In this document: in pieces, positions 22,026 through 33,800 of the stretch
Layout: the number at the start of each line of letters is the position of its first letter
Numbering within the stretch: position 1 is the stretch's first letter
NCBI GenBank assembly: GCA_043228905.1
Contig: JBHGNT010000016.1
Coordinates: 15,624,001-15,688,000 of the forward strand
Source of the DNA: Azolla caroliniana
Taxonomy: Eukaryota; Plantae; Polypodiophyta
Reading direction: 5' to 3'
Length of the DNA: 64,000 bases
Position numbers and translations under genes: made by a program
The notes under the pieces: generated by a model
The model's database searches: none
What the model was told of the DNA's origin: nothing
The model's input: only the letters and a program-made list of their open reading frames with translations

Positions 22026-25000
22026 CCACCCTCTTTGAATTAAAAACATCTCTCTCTCTCTCTCTCTCTCTCCCTCTCCCTCTATCTCTCTCTCTCTCAT
22101 TAGTGTATGTTGCCTACTTTCTCTTGTTTAGCTTAAGCACCCTCTAATCGTCGTGTGCCTATCCCTATGCACTCCTTGTTTTGACCATTTGGTCCTAGTA
22201 AGATCGACTTCACGAACAACAAGACCTTATCCACCCCCACCAATCTTTGTTCCTGTTCGGAGAGTTAAGAAAAACGACGCTCAAAGTCTAGGAATTCTTG
22301 TGTCATGCCTTGGTGGGACTTCACTGATGCCACCCACTTGTCGAACTCACGCTGACCTCGTCCCTTCGGTCTCTCATCGCCATATGCCTCCAATAGAGCC
22401 TCTGTGAAAGTCACCCACAAATCATGAGCTTCTCGAAGCTGTTTTACCTCTTTGTAGATCGGCTTAGCCACCATCCAATAAAAGTACTCTAGCCTCATAG
22501 ATTTGTTCACACCTCTTGAATCCATCTCGGCATTGTAGGTTTCTTGAAAAATTTGGACTTTGGCCCCATCGAAACAACCGACTCACTCGACCATGCTTTC
22601 AATGGCTTGTTGGGCCGCATCTCGTCTTTTCCCTTCTCTCGAAAATTAGCTCTAGAATTACTACGGTTATCCAAGTAGCAAGGTACCAAATGATGTTACA
22701 AAGATTTGCGTGTGCGTGTGCTACTTGAGCATGACCGCCGGGGTCTTGGACTAGGGAGGACGTTTTCCAAGTTATTGTAAAGAGGATGATGTCAATTTTA
22801 AGAGTCAAGGAAACACTATTACACTTGAGAAGATCGAAGATTGTACACTTAAGAAGTAGATAAATAAGAAGAAGATAGATGCGAAGAAGAAGAATAGAAG
22901 CTTATATTATTGATGATGATGATGATGATCTCCAAATTCAGCCCCCTTAGTCAAGCCTTACAAGGGTTTTTATAGGTCTATCCATGCCAGGTTCTCCTTC
23001 CCTCTCTTGACGAATCCCTCCGGATACTGCATGTAGATCTCTTCTTCAGGTCACTGTTGTCGGTGTAGTTGTGATTCGTGCGGCGAAGTCGTAGGGACTA
23101 AGGTTAAGGTGAGTTGAAGAAACTTTTATAAGGCTTGAGCACAAATGTTAGGAAGATTAAGGATAAGAAGAATAAGAGTTTAAAGTAATGTGTGTGAGAG
23201 AGACGAGCATAGATAAAAGATAGAGACAATGTATGATTCAAGAAGCAAGATAGAGACAAAGTATAATTTAAGAAGCAAGAGTATATGATATGAACATGAT
23301 GTATATGAAGAATACAAGAATTTACCAACTTTACAATGCTTTATTGCAAGACCTTTCTCTAACAAATTTTGACTTGAACCCTTGATTTCCACTTCTAAAA
23401 ACAAGATGTTTGCCAAATGAGCTAACTTCTTCGTCTTCTTCTGTTTTTTATTTTTTGATTTCCTGTTAATTTCCCCCTCTTTTCCCTTTCACTCTTTAAA
23501 TAGGTGCCCCCATGCATATGATGCATGTGAGGGTACAAGACATGCATGTAGTGCATGAAATGCAGGTGATGCATGATAGACATCTCGCTCATTTGAGCTT
23601 TCATATATGAAAATATACATGGCATAAGTATAAACATGAAAATATAGTTGTAAAAAACAAATGACCTAGTCTAATGGTATGTGCCTTGTATTTGGTATGT
23701 GAGGTTGTGGGTTCAAGTCTCTTGAATGTTATTCAATACAATATTTTAGTTTAATTTTATATCTTTTATTACACCTTAAAAACAAATAACCTAACCTAGT
23801 GGTATGTATGTCCTACTTGTTGTGTGAGGTTATGGGTTCAAGTCTTTCAAATATTATTGAATACAATATGTAATTTTATTTTTATATCATGAAGCAAATC
23901 CTTCACGACACCCACCCCCTCTCTGAACTTGTAAATTGGTTGTGCTGAGTTCATCCAACACTTCTTCCGACTCTTTCGGTTCTTCTCCTTCTTCATAAAA
24001 TTCGGGCTCTAGTGACTCCCCCCTTTTAAATATTTTAATCCTTTTCCTTGCAATTGGGATACGAATTTCGGTCCCATCTAATTCATTGAGGAAATATGTG
24101 ACCTTATCTGTTATTTTCCTAACTTCATAAGGTCCAAACCATCTTTTATTATTATTATCTAGGCTACTATCATATACTAATACCCAATCTCCCTCTTGCA
24201 CCTTTCTTGGTCGTATTCTTTTCATCTTGTCAAATCTGTCCTTATTCTTGATTCTTGCCTCTTTCAATCTAGTAGCTGCTTTTTCTATGTCTTCTGTCCT
24301 TGATTGGTTTCCGGGTTTCCAACCTATTACTCTTTGTGGGTTTCCAACCTTGGTTTTCGGATGTCGCCATAGATATCCTTCATACAGGAAGAACTTATGG
24401 GGTTTCTTGCGAATCTGTGCAAATTCTTTTCCAGATCGACCTTTGTACTTGTCAGGGGTTTGTAGATATTTCCCTATTTCCTTGGATTCTTCTTCATACT
24501 CCTCTTTTAGAAATTGCATTCCTCCTTCCTAGGTAATGCTTGTGGTAAGGACTGTTTGTTCTTTGTCCTCATCGTCTGAGATTGGAATCTCCTCTTCCTT
24601 ATACCTTGTTCTTGATAACATATCTGCTACTGCATTTCTATTCCCAGAGATATGTCTAACTTCAGGGTTGATTGATCTAATATAGATACACCATCTTAAC
24701 ATGTCTTGATCTGGAATATCGCAATCAATTGTGATACCAAGAATAGGCAACCAATCTGTTTCTATTATTACTTCAGCACCAATTAAGTAATCTCTATCTA
24801 TCTTAACTGTTGCCAATATCCCCCATAGCTCTCTTTTGACCTGTGCATATTTTCTTTGTCAACCACTAAGAACTGTCACTCCAAATCAGACTGGATACTT
24901 TCCTCCCCATCTTGTTGGCTTATTACCCATCCAATTCCAATGGGACTAGAGTTTACTGTGAGATATATGGGCCGGTTCATGTTGCTTTAATAATGGAGCT

Positions 25001-28000
25001 CGTGCTAAGTAGGACTTTAATTTCCTCATTGCTTCTGAATGCTCTACACTCCATTCAAATGTTTCTCCTTTTCTTAGGAGTCTATATAAAGGTTCAGATA
25101 AATGGGCATAATGCGGAATCCATCTACAGTAAAAAACACATACCCCTAGAAACCTTCATACTTTTGAGATGGATGTACATTCCTCTTGCATATTTTGAAT
25201 TGCATTGACTGTGGTTGGGGATGGCTTTCTCCCATACGGGTCACAGATATGACCAACTATTAATATCTCTTTTGCCCCAAATATTGGCTTAACCCCTAAC
25301 AAGGTCAAATGCACTTCTTTCATCCTTGATAGTATCTTCTCACAATCCTTGATATGGTCGGCAACGAATTGTCAGTAACCACTTTCATCCCATTCCTCAT
25401 TCTTCTCTTCCTCCTTGCATCCCTTAATCAAAATATCATTTGAAAAAGGCATTTTAATATGAGGAATAAAATCATAAAGTACCTTGTTCATTCCATTCAT
25501 CATACGCGCCACTGAGTTGGTTGCTCATTGTGGCAAGGTACACATCCATACTAACCCTATAGGTGTCTTGATAGAATTAATAGCTCGACTTTTGATAGCA
25601 AGTTGAAATTGATCATACCCAAAATAAAGGTCTCCCATTGAATATATAGCTCTTCCTACAAACATCTCAACAAACTCATCCACAATTGGCCCTACTCCCG
25701 AGTTTCGGATTGTTACCTTATTCATGGGTTGCATATCTTGGATAAATTGGAGCCGTCCATCTTTCTTTAACACAGTGAACCATCGACTCGAGTAAGGAGC
25801 GTTCGATGGTTCCAAGATATCCATCCTTCTCTTTTTTTTCAGAAGTTCTAATAGTTGAGGGATTCTAGCCCTAGGCATGGGTATTGGCTTAAAATTCCAT
25901 GGAATATGAGGGATAGTGAATATAACCATGGGCTCCACAATTTCTGGATCCACACACCCTATTTCTTCCGGTTGGAATGCGAACGCCTTTCCATGCCTTT
26001 TTAACATCTCCCTAAACTACTTTCCTTTAGCGGGTAATAGGAAGCCACCCCCTCCTATTTTCATCTCTTGTATTGTTTCTGGAGTAAACACATATCCCAC
26101 ATTTCGTGGGTCTCAGACCATTGGCTCTGCAACTGCTTCTTTGATTGCCCTTTCACTATCCCTTGGAAGTGGAGCAACAATAGGACGAACTTTCTTCTCC
26201 ACTATCTTGTAATTTGTTAGGACATGTGCCTCATGATCCTTTTGAGCAACTTCTTCAATGACCTCGTATATCTTGATAGAATTGATAGGAACTTGAATTT
26301 CTTCCTCATCCTCCATCGCTTCCAAATGACTTATTGTATCTTCAAAACTTAATTCTTCAAACATATCCTGAACTTCATCGTCATCATCTATTAATCCACC
26401 AGATGAGAGTGTACAAGGAATATCTTTATTTAAATTATTATTTATGGGGTTCTCTTTTATGTTTAGGCTATCACAACCCCTACCTATAAAAACCCTATCT
26501 AAAAAACCTGGGAAAACTCTTCATCCATCTCTTGAATTGGATGTTCCCTCAAGCATTCTTTCTTTCTTTAATGGTTGGGCCTCACGGTAACTTAAGAATT
26601 CGACAATCTTTCTTCCATCTTGACTCTTGATTCTCACGAATGTCATGATATGGCAAGACTCGAACCCATGCCCTTATGTTACATGGGTCCAGCTCTTACT
26701 ATTAGGCTATGTATTGTAATATGAAAGATATTATTTTCATTTAAGTTTTACTATAGAAAATTGATGTATATTCCAAATTTCTTTGGAACATTCTAGAAAC
26801 TTTAGGAGCTCCTGAGAACACTATAAAAGGAGGCACAAGGCATTATTTGGAACCAAATTGGTTCAACGCAAGTCTTAAGCTCACAGATATTCTTGTACTT
26901 GCTCTTCATATAATATGATATATCTTTTGCTATCACCATTCTCCCTCTCTCTCGATCTCTCCTCTCTTTCTCCCTCTCCCTCTCTCTCTCCTTCTGTTGT
27001 GAGTTCTATACCCTTTTCTCTCTCTTAGTACTAATTCGCATATCTTAGTACTAATTCCCTCTCTGTCTTAGTACTGTTCTTGACAGTTTGAACTGATTTC
27101 TTCTTCCTCCTCATCCTCTCATCCCTGCTTCCCTTCATACTAATCCTCTTATACTCTATAGTAAAATGGCAATTGTTAGCGCTGAGGAATACCAATCTGT
27201 TTTCTAGGAGCTCCAATGCTTAAAAGATAAGTTTGTAGCACTAGAACAAGAAAATCACTGTTTGTTGGGGGATCTTCAACAAATAGCACTAGAAAAACAA
27301 CAACACAGGGAGTTGAGGTTATGTGTACAACAACTTGAAGAAACTATTGTATCACTACAACAACAAGGATCAAGCACTCAAGGGATTCACAAAGAACCCA
27401 AGATCGGTCTTCCTACGAAATTTGATGGGACCTGATCACAATTTAGAGGTTTTCTTAATCAGGTACGTTTAGTGATTCAAATGCATCCTTCTCGATATCC
27501 CACCGATGCATCACGAGTGGGACTAGTAGGCACTCTACTTAGTGGCACGACTTTGGCATGGTTCGCCCCCCTATTAGAAAAAAGCTCACCCGTGTTAAAT
27601 AATTTCGAAGAGTTTATTACCTAGTTTAAAGCCTGTTTTGGAGATACTGACAATGTTAGGAAGGCAATCAACAAAATCCGGAGATGGCGCCAAGGTGAGA
27701 GGCCGACGTCGGCTTATGCTGCGGATTTTCATCTTCTCGCCATCAATATTCCCTGGGATGAGCATGCATTAATGGAGCAATTTCATTTTGGCCTATGTAA
27801 TGATGTTAAGGATTTACTCTTAACCTTCCCGGAGGAGCCAAAGTCATTGACATAAGCAATTAGTCGCGCGGTGCGATGCAACAACTGCCTTTTCGAATGA
27901 CGTTCGGAACATCAGTTCCAGATGCCAAGGACAAGATCAAAGGCCACCTATGCCTCAGTGGTTGCAAAACCTTTTTCAAGGGAGTCATATAATGCGGCTC

Positions 28001-28637
28001 CAGCAAATACTCCAACTTCGATGGAAATTGACACCACACGTTGTCGTGAAGAATTTCGGCCATAGGCGAAAATCGGGAAACATTGGCTACATCGGCGGGG
28101 TGCAGCGTGTGTATGCACCCATGTACATTTAGTGTGAATATCGAGGGCGCCTTTATGGCGCCGAAGAGTAGTCAAGTCGGGACAGACAATCCCATGTAAG
28201 TCGGGATTTGTCCCGCATTGTAATACCTCCCTTTCCTTGTTCTATAAAAGGAAGGGAACGCCCTTTGTAAAAGGGTTGCCCATTTTGCATTAGAGGGTAT
28301 ACCGTTAGATTTAGAGTTAGCTTCTTCGTCTTCTTCTCCTTCGTGTTCGCTTAGGGTTTGCTGCAGCTCATCTCTTGTGCAAGACCCCGCTCGGCGCGAC
28401 GAGCTGAGAGCTCCCCGACGGCGGCTTGGTAGCAGACGACTACCGTAACCTACCTTAGCCCGGCTCGAAGCCGGGAATGTATTCTTCTTCTATATATATA
28501 TATATATATATACGTTTGTCTGTGTATATTCGCGTCGTTGTTGGCGTCGGGCGCTTACCCTCTCCTGCGTTTTCTGTACGTAAGGCATGGGTCGAGTTGG
28601 GCTGTGTGTGTGGGTGTGTGTGTGTGTGAGTCGGTGT

Positions 28638-28677
<40 letters not shown>

Positions 28678-28907
28678 TCGGTTGCTTCCGGCGTGTCTCT
28701 GGGATGCCTTGGTAACGGTGAAGCATGACTTCCTACACTCCATCACTCCCTAGTCCAAGACCCCCGTGGTCCCGCCTTTCTCCACGCACGCGCGTAACAA
28801 CACGACATATTTGGTGAACCCGACGTGAAAGGCGGCAAGGGAGGATGGAGTCGGAAGACGACGACCTTGCGGAGATGGTGGCCGAAGTGGTGTTGGAGTC
28901 GGCATGA

Positions 28908-30284
28908 GTGGTGATGAGGCGAGAAGTAGCGCAACAAGCGGTTGAGCGAGTGGTCGAAAGAGTCGGCCGTTTCAACGGGGACAAAGTCCCATATTACTTG
29001 GAAGCCTACAACGCGGAAATGGAGGAGTGTGGCGTAGACGAGGCGTTGAGGCTAGAGTTCTTCTGCCGGGTCGCAGCTGTCCGGATGCATGCGGAAGTAA
29101 AGGAGCTCCGTGAGGCTCATAGTTCGTGGGAGGCCTTCGAAGAGGCGCTCTTGAAAGCATACGGAGGACGGCGGAAGAGCCGGGGATGGCACCACTTCGA
29201 CCAGTGGGTAGCATCGGCAAAGACCCACCGGGGTGCGACGAAGGCGTTCCGGGAGTTCGAGCGACGACTTGCTCGGCTCCCAGAGCGGGAACAAGGTTTG
29301 GTGGGGGCGGACAAAGTCCTTTTGTTCGTCAGGTCGATCGACCGAGCGGAACGGGAAGCCATAGGGATTGAGCTCGAAGACGATGATGGAGCGAATGGGC
29401 TTACGGAGGACTGGTCAAAGGTTGGAAGGGTGTGGCAAAGGCTAGACAACGAGCGAGCCGAGAAGGCTAAGAGGAAGGTACGTGACGGCGTGCCATCATA
29501 GCGGGAAGAGGCTGAACGGCAAAGAGAGTTAGCAAGGGTCGGCGTTGGGGCCAGGATTGTGGAGGCGTATGCAGCGCTCAAAGCGATGCTTGAGGAAGAG
29601 GGAGGATCGAGGCCTGAAGCTGAGACCGAGGAGATGGACTTGCCCCACGCGACGGCGGAAGATCGGTACGATGGTACCACAGGAGAGGGTGCGGAACAAA
29701 ATGCCCTCTCGACTTGCGGAAATAGAACGGCCATGGACGAGGCCGAGATACCGATCGCGGAACCGGAACGTTGGGACCAGCGGTCTCGGGTGTGTCAGCC
29801 CGAGATCCCGGGCATTGGAGAAGCAAGCCCAGACGGGGCTTGCGCGATCGGTAAGAAGACGACCGCAGACCACGAAGAGTCGGTGGCTACGGACAAGGGC
29901 GAAGAATGGACGGGCGATTCCTTGTGTCTTCCCACACTTGCTCCTGAGACGATGGCAGTTGGGCCCGAGTGCCCACGTGAGTCCCAAGCGGAGGAAGGCG
30001 GCGGCGAAAGGGCGAGAATCACCGGCGAGACGATACGGGGAAAGAGCGGACGAAAGCCCACGGATCCGATTCCGGAGAACTCGGCAATTGGGCCCGTATG
30101 CCCATGTAAGACCGAGGAGATGGATGGCGGTACCGAGGAGTCCTGGCACGATGCCAGCGAAGACGGATGGGAAACGGCCTACGAGGAGGCTAAGGACGGA
30201 CATGACACGAGAGGATCAACATTCCGATACGGGAGGAGCGTAATCCGGTCGTGGATCGTTCGATCAGGGCCGGATTCGGCATGA
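28908..30284 (+). pseudogene. Gag-like ORF with one in-frame TAG (29499-29501) followed by an acidic extension
   Basis: VGRFNGDKVPYYLEAY...DKVLLFVRSID; the 29559-30284 ORF is in the same frame. Confidence 0.75.
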
Positions 30285-30873
30285 AGGGACCGATAAGGAA
30301 GGGGGTGCGGGACGAGCCGCCCTCTTTTACATGGGGAGAAAGACCGACCCGGCGAAGGTTGAGATTTGGAAAGAGAATGAAAGCCGGTCCTATGGGATTC
30401 CTTACACCGATCCGGCTGCAGGCCCGAGTGCCGGCGTGAGTCCTATAAGAGAGATCAGTGGCGACAGGAGAACGAGACTCGGTAATCCGGAGAAGGACGA
30501 ACGGACCCGGACGAGAACCGGGCGGAGCGGACTCCTGGATAACCATTCCGGGATGGAGGAAGAGAGCAGGCCTACGAAGAGGCCAAGGACACGGTACGTC
30601 GGTACCACGGGAGAGGGTGCGGAGTAAACCGCCCTCTCGGCATGAGGAAAAGGGTGACCCGGGACAGGGTCAAGAAGGCGACGAACGCCTACGGAGGATC
30701 CTTCACACCGGTTCTAGAGACTTTGGCAGTCGGCAACGCGGTCGATGTAAGACCAAGATACTGACGGTGGCGGCGAGGTGACGAAGACAATGGGCATAAG
30801 GAAGTCCGGTCCTACGGAGGATCCTTCACACCGGTTCCGGAGACTCCGGCTGTGCTGCCATCGTGGCAACGTG

Positions 30874-33800
30874 TGTTGAATACAAGTGTATAATGGACGT
30901 ATTCACACTATCCCTTTGTATAGCTCAAGTTTGGGCCATTTGTGTAATTAGCATAAATGGTAGTTGCCCTAAGCTTGTCACTATATAAAGTGACCTAGTA
31001 ACCTTTTTGTAAGGTTGGTTGTATTATTGTTTCTATTGAATAGAAAGACTCTTTGTGCCTCCTCTCTCTCTCTCTCTCTATCTCTGTCGCTGTGCACGAT
31101 CTTCGATTCTGTCATACGCAGGTATTCAACCCCAATCGAATGCTATCAGATCTTCCGCATTGACGGCCTTGTCTTCAACATCTGGTATCAGAGCCTGCAC
31201 AGTATTCGGTCCTTCAACCCGCTGTCGGCCGTCGTCTCAGCCTGCACAGCATTCGGTTTCTTGCGTCATTCGAAGAAGAGAGAAGAAGAAGAAAAACGAG
31301 GCTTGCATCTCATCGCGTTAGATCATCTTCGCTTGGAGTAAGCCAGCCGGCTGTACTCTGTTCCTTGTGATCGTAACCACTCGAGGTGAAATCCCCTTGT
31401 GCAACATTGACACGATCGTGCTCCACTCGGTTAAACGGCATCCGAAGAGGTCATCAAACGCTGCTCGCCGCTCATTGTAACCACTCGGTGCAGATCGGTC
31501 TCAAGACAACAACCCAAATTCGTGCTTCATCCGGCTGATCGACATTCGGGAGGATCAGTTGGATCCGTCTCTCTCGTCGCTGCAGTCACCCGAAGCAGAA
31601 TCGGTCCAGACAATCGGTTTCAATAATCGGTATTTGGCATATATATTCGGAAGCGAACCGGGCTCACTCCGACTCGGCAACATTCGGGAAGACCAGTCGG
31701 TTCTGTCCCTCAAGTTACCGGAGTCAATTCGAGCAAGTTCAACAATACATATATCCGAAGCCGAACCGACTCGGGTTCAAATCCGACTAGAACGATATCG
31801 GGTGAGCCAACCGGCTGCACTCCAACAAGGTTCGTAGTCAACTCCGAACCGAGCTTCGTCAACCGAAACCAAATTTGATGGCATCAACATCCGGCTCGTC
31901 AGAAATGAGTCTACGAAAGTTCGATGGATCGAACTTCAACTTCTGGAAGGAGCAAATGCAGGACTATCTCATAGTCAAGGGGCAAATCGATCCCATCGAA
32001 AATGAAGAACCTCCAGAAGGATACAAACCAATTGAGTGGCAGAAGCTGGACAGAATCGTCCGCGCCACGATTCGGATGCACCTATCGGAATCGGTATACT
32101 TTACGGTGCAATCGTGTACGACAGCATTCGAACTGTGGAAAACACTGTCGGACACTTACGAAAAGAAGGCCGCTGCAACAAAGATGTTTCTGATCCGGCG
32201 CCTCTACAACTTGCAGATGAAAGAATCAGATTCGGTTCAAGCACATCTCAATGAGTATGAAAGCATAAGCTCCCAAATCTCATCTCAGGGGACGGCAATC
32301 GAGGATGAACTCAGAGCAATGATACTCATGAGTAGCCTTCCCTCATCATGGGAAACTTTCGTCACAACCTTGTGCAACGCGTCAACCACGGCTGTTAAAT
32401 ACTCCGAAGTCACGAGCGCAATGCTGACCGAAGCAGCTCGGAGAAAGTCTTTCGCCAAAGACTCAACAGACGACGCTTATGTAGTGCAAGGTTCAACAGA
32501 CCGATCGAACATACGAGGAAGAGATTCCTCACGGCAGCCGAACAATCAGCGAAGACGGAGCCAGTCACGGGATAATCGAATCTGCAACTATTGCAAGAAA
32601 CCCGGACACATCAAAGCCGACTGCCGCGCACTCAAGAACAAGAACGACAAGTCTCAGAAATCAGACAAGAAGAGTGGCCGGCATGAGGAGATCAATTACG
32701 TCAGCTTCTCAGCTGATGTGCTACCAAACGACCCGAATATACTATCAATCGAAAATCCAGTCGGATCAGAAGTTCTGCTCACGACTGAAGAATCGAGCAC
32801 ATGGCTCTTAGATTCGGGCGCGTCATTTCACGTGACTCCTCATCGATCCCAATTTCGGCAATATACGATCCGTCACTCCGACTCAGTTCGAGTCGGCAAC
32901 TCGCAACACTGTGACATCATTGGAATCGGCACAGTAGAGCTCAACCTTGCAGGTGGCTCTACACTTGTACTTCACAATGTCCGACATGTACCCGAGCTCT
33001 CAAGGCCATTGATCTCAGTCGGACAACTAGATGAAGACGGCATTCGTGCCGGTTTTTCTTCGGGAGGGTGGACACTCCACAGGGGGAACCTCCTGCTTGC
33101 TAGAGGACCCAAGATACACTCACTGTATCCGTTACATGTTACGCTCAGAGAGGGTAACCTGTTTTTGGTGGATATTCCTGTGTCATCACTATGGCACAGA
33201 AGATTAGGACACCTCAGCAAGGCCAGCATTACGCACCTATCTAGAGCCGGATACATCCCTAAACTCTCCTTCATGGACCATCAATTCTGCGAACATTGCC
33301 AGTATGGCAAACAAGCAGCCGCATCACACCCGACATCAGCACCAAGAGAAACGAGACCTCTCGATTTAGTCCACTCGGACGTCTGTGGCCCAATGCCGCA
33401 TCAGTCTCTTGGCGGTGCCTCTTACTTCGTCAGTTTTATTGACGATTCGACTCGAAAGGTGTGGGCTTATCCAATTCGCACCAAAGATCGTGTCTTCTCG
33501 ATCTTCTCCGATTGGCTCGCTATGGTAGAAAATCAAACTGACCGAAAACTGAAATGCTTTCGGACCGACAATGGGGGAGAGTTCAAATCAGAAGAATTCG
33601 TCAAATTCTGCCGACAACGCGGCATCCGACGTGAATTTACGGCACCACACAGTCCGGAGCAAAACGGGATTGCAGAACGCATGAATCGGACAATCCAAGA
33701 ACGGATAGTTTCCATGCTCCAACACTCCGGACTGTCGGATGGCTTCTGGGCAGAGGCTCTACTCACGGCAGTACACATAATCAATATGTCGCCAAGCAGA

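Larger units (their letters stand above)
18609..22201 (+). mobile_element. Penelope-like retroelement (PLE) with no GIY-YIG endonuclease, apparently 5'-truncated
   Basis: Host gag frame (minus strand) stops at KSI (22202) and resumes at IGLKLEE (18608). The insert carries a PLE RT, a 40-bp tandem array, a TATA box and a hammerhead motif. Confidence 0.85.
17985..26640 (-). mobile_element. Degenerate gypsy of a fungal/Ylt1-like lineage in tandem arrangement: pol (26640-23911), PPT, LTR 23910-22693, PBS, gag (22690-18150, split by the PLE), terminal LTR fragment 17985-18113
   Basis: RT reads FTIPHIPW...EPSNAPYSSRWFTVLKKDG...QDMQPMNKVTIR; RNase H reads IETD..HISG..NAVADMLSR; integrase C-terminus is WFGPY. 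LTR ends are TGTCGTGAAG...TAACA/GACA. Gag is homologous to 28908-29501. Confidence 0.8.

Noticed and set aside
29117-30781. Many overlapping long ORFs on both strands (also 36244-37889)
   Set aside because: GC-rich repetitive LTR-element interior gives shadow ORFs with no recognisable domains.
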